From: Candidatus Giovannonibacteria bacterium RIFCSPLOWO2_02_FULL_45_28
GTDB lineage: Bacteria > Patescibacteriota > Minisyncoccia > UBA11713 > 2-01-FULL-45-33
Direction: 5' to 3'
NCBI GenBank assembly: GCA_001780725.1
Contig: MFIM01000028.1
Coordinates: 10,368 to 74,367 of the forward strand
Length of the DNA stretch: 64,000 bases
The notes below the pieces were generated by a model. It did no database searches and was not told the DNA's origin. It saw nothing but the letters and a program-made list of their open reading frames with translations. Of the stretch, positions 26,953-35,778 are shown piece after piece (positions within the stretch are counted from its first letter, which is position 1; every line of letters starts with the position of its first letter). The position numbers and the translations under genes are program-made.

Positions 26953-26981
26953 TTGTCAAGTGCCGTTGACAATGCTATAAT
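26953..26981 (+). promoter_or_regulatory. Sigma70-like promoter of the cca operon
   Basis: TTGTCA, a 17 nt spacer, then TATAAT. Two small GC hairpins lie in the ~100 nt leader. Confidence 0.45.
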
Positions 26982-27001
26982 AGGCCTAAATGTAAGCCCT
27001 C

Positions 27002-28648
27002 GTGGTGAAACGGATATCACGCATGGCTTCGGACCATGTGTTCCCCGTTCAAATCGGGGCGAGGGCGCAAATACAAATGGAAAATATTATGGCCAAAGAA
27101 AATAACGAGAAAAAATTTACTATCCCCAAAGAAGTTCGCGCGGCGGTGGCGATTTTGGAAAGCGCCGGTTTTGAGGCGTATCTTATCGGCGGGTGCGTCC
27201 GGGACCTTTTAATTGAGAGGACGCCTCAAGATTGGGACATAACCACCAATGCTAGGCCGGAGAAAATCCAAGAGCTTTTTCCAAAAAGTTTTTATGAAAA
27301 CAAATTTGGAACGGTAAGCGTGGTTACAGATTCGGAAAATCCGAGGCTCCGCACTATAGAAATCACTCCTTACCGGCTTGAAGGAAAATATTCCGACAAG
27401 CGCCATCCGGATGAAGTGAAATTCGCTGATAAACTAGAAGACGACTTGGCAAGAAGGGATTTTACGATAAACGCAATGGCGATGAAGCTCGCGCTCTCCT
27501 CGAAGTCGCTCGGGAAGAAGTCCGACTTCTTTGGGATCTCGAAGTCGGACTTCGGGGAGAGCGACTTCTTCCCGGGCTCGAGCTTGATCGATCCTTTCAA
27601 CGGCCAAAAAGACTTAGAGCAAAAACTCATTCGCGCCGTCGGCGATCCCAACGAGCGTTTTGAAGAAGACGCGCTCCGGATTATGCGCGCAGTACGGCTG
27701 TCGGCAGAACTAGGATTTACAATTGAGGAAAAAACCCAAAAAGCGTTAAAAGACCGTGCTCATCTGCTCCGTGTTATTGCAAAAGAGAGAATCCGCGACG
27801 AATTTTCCAAAACACTGATGGCCGCCACACCTTCACTAGGACTTGAAACCATGCGGAAGCTGGGTGTTTTAAAACTATTTTTGCCGGAACTGGAAGAGGG
27901 GTGGGGTGTCGGACAAAATAAACACCATGTCTATACCGTCTGGGAGCACAATGTCAGATCTTTGGATTGCGCCGCAAAAGAAAAATGGCCGCTCGTAGTT
28001 CGCCTCGCCGCGCTTTTTCACGATATTGGGAAACCCCGAAGCAAACGCGGCGACGGGCCAGACTCCACTTTTTACGGGCATGAAATAATCGGCGCAAAGA
28101 TGTCCGCGCAAGCTCTTTCACGCCTTCGCTTCTCCGCAGAGTTTACGGAGAAAGCAGCCAAACTGGTCCGCTACCACCTTTTTTATTACAATGTAGATGA
28201 AGTGTCGGAATCTTCCGTGCGCCGTCTTATCTCGCGCGTCGGGCCGGAAGATATGGAAGATTTAATCCGCGTCCGCATCTGCGATCGCATCGGTTCCGGA
28301 GTTCCAAAAGCGGAGCCGTACAAACTCCGCCATTTTAGATTTTTGGTTGAAAAATTGCAAAGAGATCCGGTTTCGGTTAAAATGCTTAAAATAAACGGCG
28401 ATAAAATAAAGGAGCTCACCGGGCTTCCGCAAAGCATAAAAATCGGGTTGATTATTCATGCTTTGATGGACGAAGTTTTGGACGATCCGGAAAAAAATAC
28501 ACCGGAATATTTAGAAAAACGCGCCACGGAACTGAACGCTTTGCCGGATGCAGAGCTCAAAAAACTCGCCGACGCCGGCCGCAGCAAAAAATTAGGCCTT
28601 GAAGAAGAAGAGATTTCAAAAATTAAGAAAAAACACTGGGTAAAATAA
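27002..28648 (+). CDS. cca: CCA-adding tRNA nucleotidyltransferase with an HD domain; carries an in-frame repeat insertion
   Basis: The GGCVRDLL head-domain motif and an HD domain (LFHDIGK). The true start is probably ATG 27088 (MAKENNEKK). Confidence 0.8.
   Translation: MVKRISRMASDHVFPVQIGARAQIQMENIMAKENNEKKFTIPKEVRAAVAILESAGFEAYLIGGCVRDLLIERTPQDWDITTNARPEKIQELFPKSFYENKFGTVSVVTDSENPRLRTIEITPYRLEGKYSDKRHPDEVKFADKLEDDLARRDFTINAMAMKLALSSKSLGKKSDFFGISKSDFGESDFFPGSSLIDPFNGQKDLEQKLIRAVGDPNERFEEDALRIMRAVRLSAELGFTIEEKTQKALKDRAHLLRVIAKERIRDEFSKTLMAATPSLGLETMRKLGVLKLFLPELEEGWGVGQNKHHVYTVWEHNVRSLDCAAKEKWPLVVRLAALFHDIGKPRSKRGDGPDSTFYGHEIIGAKMSAQALSRLRFSAEFTEKAAKLVRYHLFYYNVDEVSESSVRRLISRVGPEDMEDLIRVRICDRIGSGVPKAEPYKLRHFRFLVEKLQRDPVSVKMLKINGDKIKELTGLPQSIKIGLIIHALMDEVLDDPEKNTPEYLEKRATELNALPDAELKKLADAGRSKKLGLEEEEISKIKKKHWVK
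27497..27592. repeat. Palindromic repeat element inserted in frame in cca
   Basis: Nested inverted repeats (GAAGTCCGACTTC / GAAGTCGGACTTC; CGGGAAGAAGTC / GACTTCTTCCCG). The 13-mer GACTTCTTCCCGG is shared with the RluA gene. Confidence 0.5.
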
Positions 28649-28649
28649 T

Positions 28650-29555
28650 ATGAAAGAGTCAAGCGCAGATAGAATATTTGGGAAATTCGAAGCCGGTAAA
28701 GAATCGGCCCGCCATCTTTTGGCTAAGGAATTCAAAGAACAAGAATATAAATATGAAACGGAGCGCCAAAAAACAAAAGAAGAGCTTGAAATAATCGCTT
28801 TTGTGAATGAGTTTACAAACACCGTAGCAACAAATTTCGGGGGCCAGTCGCTGGATGTGCAACAAAAAAATGTTCATGTGTTAGATCAATCAGAAATTGA
28901 ACAATTGGACAAGATATTTTCACAAAAAGAAACAACCCATCCATCTTCAATATTTATAGCTTCTTTGCAGGCAATAGTAATGAGCGATAAAAAGGGCGAC
29001 TTACTTGCTTTTACTAGAGAACTGGTGCACGAAATGTGTCATTTCAAAGCCTTCCAGTCTCTTGAGGTAAGATTGGATCCTGATAGAAAAATGTGGGTTG
29101 GAAAAAACAGAAGGGGCGGTTTGGCTATAGAGATCAAGCGAGACAAACAAAAAGAAGCAGCTTTCGTTGACTTAAATGAAGCTATAATAGAACAGCTGAC
29201 TGGGGTTATTTTGGAGAATCTTACGAAGTCAAATGATTTGCCTGACGCATTAAAAAAACAAATTGAAAAAGTGCCAAACGAGCAAAGAGAAGAAAAAATT
29301 TTTGGGGCAGTGTACGTTCCAGAACAGTTGCGCCTCATTGATATAGCGGAAAAAATTTACGGCAAAAATCGTGACCGATTCAAGAATGCTGGTGAAGTGC
29401 TAAGATTATTTTACAAATCAATGTTTTCCGGAGAATTACTTCAAGTTGCGCGGCTTATTGAAAAAACCTTCGGAAAAGGAAGTTTTAAAAAAATCGGCGA
29501 AGAAGGTTTGCCGATATCGCAAATTGAAAAAGAGGTTGCTGAAGAAGAAAAATAA
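28650..29555 (+). CDS. Hypothetical protein with an HExxH motif (possible zincin-like metallopeptidase)
   Basis: LVHEMCHF motif. The start is 2 nt after the cca stop. Confidence 0.45.
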   Translation: MKESSADRIFGKFEAGKESARHLLAKEFKEQEYKYETERQKTKEELEIIAFVNEFTNTVATNFGGQSLDVQQKNVHVLDQSEIEQLDKIFSQKETTHPSSIFIASLQAIVMSDKKGDLLAFTRELVHEMCHFKAFQSLEVRLDPDRKMWVGKNRRGGLAIEIKRDKQKEAAFVDLNEAIIEQLTGVILENLTKSNDLPDALKKQIEKVPNEQREEKIFGAVYVPEQLRLIDIAEKIYGKNRDRFKNAGEVLRLFYKSMFSGELLQVARLIEKTFGKGSFKKIGEEGLPISQIEKEVAEEEK

Positions 29556-29559
29556 ATAA

Positions 29560-29633
29560 CGGGGTGTAGTATACCGGTAGTACGTGCGCTTCGGGTGCGC
29601 AAAGACGGAGTTCAATTCTCCGCACCCCGACCA
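29560..29633 (+). tRNA. tRNA-Pro (anticodon CGG) with genomically encoded CCA
   Basis: Manual cloverleaf: acceptor CGGGGTG/CACCCCG, anticodon stem TGCGC/GCGCA with loop TTCGGGT, T-arm CGGAG-TTCAATT-CTCCG, then ACCA. Confidence 0.7.
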
Positions 29634-29650
29634 GTTGAAACAAATCAAAA

Positions 29651-31087
29651 CTATAGGCCGGTCCTAATAAGTTCCGTAGGGTTCTTGACGACCAAAACCG
29701 CGGACCTTGGCTCAAGCGTGATTGGCAAAGTCATTGGATTGCCGGCAACGTCATAAAACGGCCCTCCGTCCAGACGTTCGAAATCATGCGCATTTTCGTT
29801 GTCGGTGTTTACCACCACAATCGCATTTTCAAACATTCTTACAAAAAGGTTATTTATTTCTTTCGCATCGCCCAAAGAATCGCCGAGATTTAAATCAAAT
29901 TCCTTAAACCAATAGTGCGGTATGTCGGACACCCCCTCTTTATAAGTCCAATACGCCTCGCGGTCGCGGTCGGCAAAAAGCAGGAAAGAATAGTAAGCAA
30001 AAAGAGTTTTATCCACGTTGCCCGCCCAACCCGGGGATGGTTTTGAATTTACGTGAATACGCACATTTTTTGGAATCTTCTTAATTTCCTCAAGAATCCG
30101 CCGAAAATCCTCGATTGGGTATTCCTCGGGATACGTTTCCATCTCAATCCCCCCGGCTGCAATGGCGAGCCTTGAAAAGAAATCTGGCGTAAGTGTGACC
30201 GAAACCCCATCAAGGTTTGCCACAAAAGGAAAAGGAATCTTTTTCCTGACATTGGTGAAAAATTCTATCCATGCGTTCTGGTAGGCTGCATCCGTTTGGT
30301 AATTCGCCCACGGCGCAGTGTTAGTAAACCCCGTTTGCGCTTCCTGGGTTCCGAAAAAATCATCAATGAGTATCGCGTCCCATCTGCCGCCCAGCTCTAA
30401 AAGGAGTTTATTAAGTTTCTTCGCAAAAAACTCCTGCCATTGGACGTTTCCGGGGTCCGGCCAATAGGTGCCGGCGTTAGAGAGTTCGCCTCCGCTTCCT
30501 GTCACTATGGGGTTACCCTCCGCGTCTTTCAAGAGCCACTCCGGATGGTTCTTTGCGATCCAAAAAGTGCCTTCTTCATCAATGCTTCCGATGTCTGCTT
30601 GGCTTTTCCATTCCGCGAATTTCAGATTTAGCCCGGCGTCAATGTAAAGTAGTGATTTTATCGCGGGGTTATATTTTCTGAAGATCGGAAGCAGATGTTT
30701 TTTGTTGGCGACGAGAAGAGTATTATCATAATTTATCGCGACCCTGGCGACTTGCTCCTCGGTCGGCTCAAAAGAGCCGAAAATTCCCGTCGCGTCAAAT
30801 TTGGCCGTGCGGTAGGAACTGGATGATTTAGTAGGATAAGTAGTAAGTTTATGGTCAACTATTCCGCGGACAAGGTCGTCCTGCTTTTCTTTATTACTAA
30901 AAACGGTCGTCCAGGGCAGGCCCGGAAAATCCGGCAGTTCGGTGATGGTGGTCGCGTTTGACCTCGGACGAATTGTATCAAACGCAGAATTGTTTATGTA
31001 TTTAAACCAGACAAATAGGGCCGCTATAACAACTAATAACGGGATAATTACGTATTTTAAAAGTTTTTTATAAAAGCGAATGCAGAT
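29651..31087 (-). CDS. Putative secreted/anchored glycoside-hydrolase-like protein; start codon non-canonical or lost
   Basis: A continuous minus-strand ORF of ~470 codons. Its N-terminal signal anchor (LLKYVIIPLLVVIAALFVWFKY) is paralogous at nucleotide level to the pectate lyase N-terminus. The first in-frame ATG falls at codon ~185. Confidence 0.45.
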   Translation of the reverse strand: MCIRFYKKLLKYVIIPLLVVIAALFVWFKYINNSAFDTIRPRSNATTITELPDFPGLPWTTVFSNKEKQDDLVRGIVDHKLTTYPTKSSSSYRTAKFDATGIFGSFEPTEEQVARVAINYDNTLLVANKKHLLPIFRKYNPAIKSLLYIDAGLNLKFAEWKSQADIGSIDEEGTFWIAKNHPEWLLKDAEGNPIVTGSGGELSNAGTYWPDPGNVQWQEFFAKKLNKLLLELGGRWDAILIDDFFGTQEAQTGFTNTAPWANYQTDAAYQNAWIEFFTNVRKKIPFPFVANLDGVSVTLTPDFFSRLAIAAGGIEMETYPEEYPIEDFRRILEEIKKIPKNVRIHVNSKPSPGWAGNVDKTLFAYYSFLLFADRDREAYWTYKEGVSDIPHYWFKEFDLNLGDSLGDAKEINNLFVRMFENAIVVVNTDNENAHDFERLDGGPFYDVAGNPMTLPITLEPRSAVLVVKNPTELIRTGL

Positions 31088-32531
31088 ATTCTTCTATATT
31101 TGTATACCCGTCACCATCTTTATCTTTGTTGCCGTCGGAGGCGTCGCTTGGATTTAATCCTATTGAGTTCTCCCAGATATCCGGCATGCCGTCGTGGTCT
31201 GAATCTGCAGGCGCGGTTCCTCCAGAGAATTTTGGATATCCTCCCACCTGCGACGGCGAATCAATTATTTTGCCGGTGCGGGTCCTAACGTCGTTTATAA
31301 TGCGGCTGTCAACCGCGTCCCGCTTAGGCTTCGAGGCCCCTGCGTCGGCAAGCACTTTTTCGTAAGCCTCTTGGGAACTTTGGGTAGTAACCTTTGGAGT
31401 TTCAAACGGCTTACTAACCAAATATGTTCGCTTGGCCCATTCTATTTTTTCGTGGAGAGTGCTCCCCTGAATAAATGATGGGTCGGGATCTATTGCAATA
31501 AACTTGACGATTCCTTCATCCGTGTCCATATCGCCGCGGCCGGAATTTCCATCAATAAAAAACTTGGGAAGTCCTTGCGAAGGTTTATCGTTTGCGTCCC
31601 GGACTTGCACAAATACCGCCTTTGAATCAGGATTTGTGGAAAGACCGGCGATAAACATATTTCCAACTATATTGGCGAAAGTATTAGAGAAAACATCATA
31701 GAAAAATAGCGCGTCAAGGCCCCAGTCATAAATAACATTATTGCGAATATCGTGTGTGCCTCCGTTTTTAATCAATGGGTTTCTCTGCTCATTGTGAGCA
31801 AATATATTATGGTGGACAGAGACTTTGTCGGTTCTATCTCCTATCAAAAGGCCGGTGCTGTGCCCACCCTCTTGATGGCGGCTTTTATTCAAACCCTCGC
31901 TTATGATTGACCAGGATACGGTTATATTTAGCGGGCCTTCGTAAATGCTTATATTTTCATCCTCGGCCCAGCTTGCTGATATATGGTCAAGCACTACATT
32001 GTAAGAATCTCCCGCGAACTTAGGTCCAAGAATACCAATTGAGTCATTGTTCGCACCCACACTTTTTCCTTCTGCTCCGGGCCTTACCCGCAAATTCTGT
32101 AGCAAGACATCGTGCGTCAAAATTGTAATGCCTCCGTTTTTTATGGTAATGCCGTCCCCAGGGGCAGTTTGCCCGGCTACGGTTACAAACGGATATCTGA
32201 TATAAAGAGGCTCGTCAATCTCAATCAGCCCTCCCACCCGAAAGACAATGATGCGCGGATCTGGATCTTCCAGGGCTTCGCGCAAAGTTCCCGGGCCGCT
32301 ATCGGCGAGTGTAGTTACTTCAATAACTTTGCCGCCTCTTCCGGCACGTGTCTTACTGCCAAATCCTTCAGCACCGGGGAAGACCGGGAGATTTGTCTCA
32401 ACTATAGGTGTATTACTAGGTATATTACTTACGTCAGGCTCGCCAGGCAAATTGCTTAAATACTTAAACCAAATAAAAACCGTCCCTACTATAATAATTA
32501 GCGCGAACACATATTTTAAAAGTCTTCTCAT
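31068..32531 (-). CDS. Pectate lyase family protein with an N-terminal signal anchor and a C-terminal Ca-binding/dockerin-like tail
   Basis: Pectate lyase motifs (GKVIEVTTLADSGPGTLREA, a parallel beta-helix with NNVIYDW) and a DSDHDGMPD...DKDGDGYTN tail. Confidence 0.7.
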   Translation of the reverse strand: MRRLLKYVFALIIIVGTVFIWFKYLSNLPGEPDVSNIPSNTPIVETNLPVFPGAEGFGSKTRAGRGGKVIEVTTLADSGPGTLREALEDPDPRIIVFRVGGLIEIDEPLYIRYPFVTVAGQTAPGDGITIKNGGITILTHDVLLQNLRVRPGAEGKSVGANNDSIGILGPKFAGDSYNVVLDHISASWAEDENISIYEGPLNITVSWSIISEGLNKSRHQEGGHSTGLLIGDRTDKVSVHHNIFAHNEQRNPLIKNGGTHDIRNNVIYDWGLDALFFYDVFSNTFANIVGNMFIAGLSTNPDSKAVFVQVRDANDKPSQGLPKFFIDGNSGRGDMDTDEGIVKFIAIDPDPSFIQGSTLHEKIEWAKRTYLVSKPFETPKVTTQSSQEAYEKVLADAGASKPKRDAVDSRIINDVRTRTGKIIDSPSQVGGYPKFSGGTAPADSDHDGMPDIWENSIGLNPSDASDGNKDKDGDGYTNIEEYLHSLL

Positions 32532-32538
32532 TAGATTA

Positions 32539-32745
32539 TTATTCTACTTTTTCTTTTTCTTTAGCAACCGGACCTAAATCTTTTAGGTGCTCGGCGCCCG
32601 GAATTAATGTCTCTCTGCTTGAGCCGTCCTCCAAAATTTCTACCAGATAATCTGCTTCAAATATGGTTTTTGTTTCAACGATTCTTTGGCGTTCCTCGGG
32701 GTTTTTCATATATTTTATAGTGGCCGCTTTTCCTGCTTTTGTCAA
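32539..32745 (-). CDS. Small hypothetical protein
   Basis: A 68 aa ORF with protein-like composition, co-directional with the lyase. Confidence 0.3.
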   Translation of the reverse strand: MTKAGKAATIKYMKNPEERQRIVETKTIFEADYLVEILEDGSSRETLIPGAEHLKDLGPVAKEKEKVE

Positions 32746-32756
32746 TCTGGCCTATT

Positions 32757-32784
32757 TTGACATTTGATTCCGAAGGGCTACGAT
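32757..32784 (+). promoter_or_regulatory. Sigma70-like promoter
   Basis: TTGACA, a 16 nt spacer, then TACGAT. SD AAGGAG precedes GTG 32816. Confidence 0.45.
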
Positions 32785-32815
32785 GGTGGTAGATTTGATA
32801 TAAAGGAGTGGCTTT

Positions 32816-34021
32816 GTGCCGCATCCCGACTTTGGCCGTGTAGGCATTTTGCATGGCGGGGGCGGCTTTGCGCAAGGTTTACCCGGCGCAATCCATCACC
32901 GTGCCATAAGAAAAGTTTTGCGAAAGCGCTTTGGTATAGAACAGCCATTTTGTTCCATAGGTGTTTCTGTTGGTATTTTTAATTCTTGGGACGAAAACTC
33001 CGCTGATATATTTACGAAATATTTTGACAACACTACTTCTGTTTACAAATGGTCATCGGTTGTTGAAGAACCGATTGAGCGAATTTTGAAGTCAATTCCA
33101 TCGCCGCTTTTTAGGCACCACGAATCTGCGCGCGAATGGTGGCGCGATTGGTCTAATTACCGCAAAACAAGGTACAAAAACCGGAAAGAGTTTTTTGCCG
33201 ACATGAGGAAACTTGCAAGTTATCTGTGGCATATCGTTGCAGGAATTTCATTGCCCTTGCCGTTGGATCGTTCTCCTTCGCCGGGAGAACTTGCATCGGC
33301 GGTGGAATTGTTAATTTCCGAACTGAAAAGTTACGGGCTTGATATAAGTAAAATACAAGGGCCGTTTGATCTTGCGCCATTGATGTCTTCTCTCGAAAAA
33401 ATAATAGATGCGGATGCCATTTTAAAAAACCAGACCTCCACGACACTTATGCTGACGAGGTCAGGCAAGCACGAGCACGTTTTTGCATATGGCGCAACTT
33501 TGCCGGTTGAAACTTTGGCAAAACTTGAAAAGCGTTGCCAGATTCATTGGGTACAAACGGCGTCGGAGTTTTTTTTAGCAGGCAAAGCCTGCGTTTCTTT
33601 GCCCCCAGCCTTCCCTCCGGTTAAAATAAACGGCGGTATATATTGGGATGTCGGAGATAAAAATCCGTTTCCGGCGGAATATCTTATGGACGCCGGGTGC
33701 GATACAATTTTTTGTTTTGTAAAAGATTACTGGAATGCCTGCTCTGCTTATAATCCGGAAACGGATGATTTTACGCAACGACAGTTAGAAACTGCGGAGA
33801 TGTCCATAAGCACGATTTTTATGGATCGCTACGAGCGGGTTACGGAACGCGCGGAGCGTGAAGGAAAAAAGGTCTATGTGATAACTTCAAAGCTGCCGCC
33901 TCCGGATACGCAAATCCTAAAAACCACACCGGAAGCTACAAAATACACATTCCGGGTTGAAACGGAAGCAATCAATAAATGGATAAAAGACAACCTTAAT
34001 ATTGACCCCGCGGACGATTAG
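32816..34021 (+). CDS. Hypothetical protein
   Basis: 401 aa with a GTG start, its own promoter and an SD. No confident family assignment. Confidence 0.5.
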   Translation: MPHPDFGRVGILHGGGGFAQGLPGAIHHRAIRKVLRKRFGIEQPFCSIGVSVGIFNSWDENSADIFTKYFDNTTSVYKWSSVVEEPIERILKSIPSPLFRHHESAREWWRDWSNYRKTRYKNRKEFFADMRKLASYLWHIVAGISLPLPLDRSPSPGELASAVELLISELKSYGLDISKIQGPFDLAPLMSSLEKIIDADAILKNQTSTTLMLTRSGKHEHVFAYGATLPVETLAKLEKRCQIHWVQTASEFFLAGKACVSLPPAFPPVKINGGIYWDVGDKNPFPAEYLMDAGCDTIFCFVKDYWNACSAYNPETDDFTQRQLETAEMSISTIFMDRYERVTERAEREGKKVYVITSKLPPPDTQILKTTPEATKYTFRVETEAINKWIKDNLNIDPADD

Positions 34022-34063
34022 TCTCGCGGGGCTTTTATTTTTTTCGGAAATGCGCTATAAAGC

Positions 34064-35731
34064 ATGCAGATTGAAAAATCATTTCGGAGGTGGCGGATGA
34101 AAGGAACCCTGCTTGAATTACTTGAGCCGAGAGGGTTTTGGAAAGACCGGAAAACCGCGTTTGTTTTTTGGGATGGGGAAAAGTGGCCATGGTATCTAGG
34201 CAAACTTTCGTATCGACAGCTGCGCAAAAAGGCAAAATGTTTTGCCACAGCGCTGTTGAACGAATTGGATCTCGTCCCCGGCGAGCGTTTGGCGATTATG
34301 CTCCCCAACACGCTACAATTCCCAACTGTTTATTTCGGAGCCATGATGGCTGGGGTAGTGGTTGTTCCAATAAATCCGAGGTACACAGAAACGCCGAACG
34401 AAATTTTAAAAATTCTAAAAGACTCTGGAGCGAAAACGGTCGTGATTCTGGACAGATTTTTGCCCGCGCTTGAGGCTATAAAAAACGAAATAAAACTTCG
34501 GCATATCGTTGTAACGACGCAGGCCGATTCTCTCCCGCTTTTAAAAAAAATTGTTTATTGCGTTAAAACGCGGCGAAACAAAAACAAGTATTTACGCTAC
34601 GCGTGGCTCGTTTCTGCGCGGAGGTTTAAAGCGGTGCGCTTGCCTAATATCCGACCGACCGATGTTGCTTTAATTCTTTACACTTCCGGCACAACCGGAG
34701 CGCCAAAAGGCGTTATAATGACCCACAAGGCTCTTCTTGAAAACGCCAAAGCTTGCCGCGAATATCTCTTGAGAATGGGGCTGCGGGACAATGAGGAGAT
34801 TTTTTTAGCTACTGTTCCATACTTCCATATTTTAGGACTTTCGGCACTACTTCATACGGCGTTTCTGGTTCGCGCAAGAATTGTGCTTGTTCCTGATCCA
34901 AGAAAAATCCCACAAATCATGAAAGCCATTAGATTTACCAAGGCCACGGCTTTTGCTGGCACACCGGGACATTACGAAGCAACAGCTAAAATTTTAGCCG
35001 TGAGTACCGAGAAATACGACCTTTCCTCGGTCAAGCTTTGGATAAACGGCGGAGCGAAACTTCACAGGATTCATCGGGAAAAATTTGAAAGGCTTGTCGG
35101 CAAAAAAATCAGAAATGGTTACGGGATGTCGGAACTTGGCATTGTAAGTTGCCAGCTTTTGGACGACGAAGAAGAAGACAGCATCGGCGAGCCGTTTGAG
35201 AAAGTTGAAACAGTCATTTTTAATCCGGATAAAAATGGCACCGGAGAGCTTTGGGTAAGAAGCCCCGGCGCGATGAAGGGATATTGGAAACAGCCAGAAA
35301 CAACTTCTGAAACCATTAATCCCGACGGTTGGCTTTGTACTGGAGATTTTGCCCAGTATTCAGAAAAAGCCGGCGTTCTAAGAATTCTCTTGAAAGGCAG
35401 GAAAAAATATCTTATTAAAACGCGTACCGGAGAAAATATTGATCCGTTGGAAATAGAGAAGGTTTTAATGGCGCATTCCGATATAATCGAAGCTGCGGTT
35501 GTTGGTGTCTCGGATGAAAAACATGGGGAGCGAGTGCGCGCTTGCGTGGTACTGCGAGATCCGAAAACTTCTTGCGCCGGCGTATTTAAGAAAAAAATTT
35601 TTGAGCATTGTAGAAACCATCTTGCAAACTTCAAAATCCCGCAGGAAATAATCTGTGTGAAAGAAATTGAAAAAAACGCAGTTGGAAAAATCTTGTATGA
35701 AAAATTAAAAGAGCTAAAGGCGTCCGCTTGA
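34064..35731 (+). CDS. AMP-dependent acyl-CoA synthetase/ligase
   Basis: LYTSGTTGAPKGV (AMP-binding motif I), GYGMSE and the adenylation core. Confidence 0.85.
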   Translation: MQIEKSFRRWRMKGTLLELLEPRGFWKDRKTAFVFWDGEKWPWYLGKLSYRQLRKKAKCFATALLNELDLVPGERLAIMLPNTLQFPTVYFGAMMAGVVVVPINPRYTETPNEILKILKDSGAKTVVILDRFLPALEAIKNEIKLRHIVVTTQADSLPLLKKIVYCVKTRRNKNKYLRYAWLVSARRFKAVRLPNIRPTDVALILYTSGTTGAPKGVIMTHKALLENAKACREYLLRMGLRDNEEIFLATVPYFHILGLSALLHTAFLVRARIVLVPDPRKIPQIMKAIRFTKATAFAGTPGHYEATAKILAVSTEKYDLSSVKLWINGGAKLHRIHREKFERLVGKKIRNGYGMSELGIVSCQLLDDEEEDSIGEPFEKVETVIFNPDKNGTGELWVRSPGAMKGYWKQPETTSETINPDGWLCTGDFAQYSEKAGVLRILLKGRKKYLIKTRTGENIDPLEIEKVLMAHSDIIEAAVVGVSDEKHGERVRACVVLRDPKTSCAGVFKKKIFEHCRNHLANFKIPQEIICVKEIEKNAVGKILYEKLKELKASA

Positions 35732-35778
35732 CGCCTTTTTTTTCAGCGCTATGATTGTGGCAGATTTGATAAAATTCT

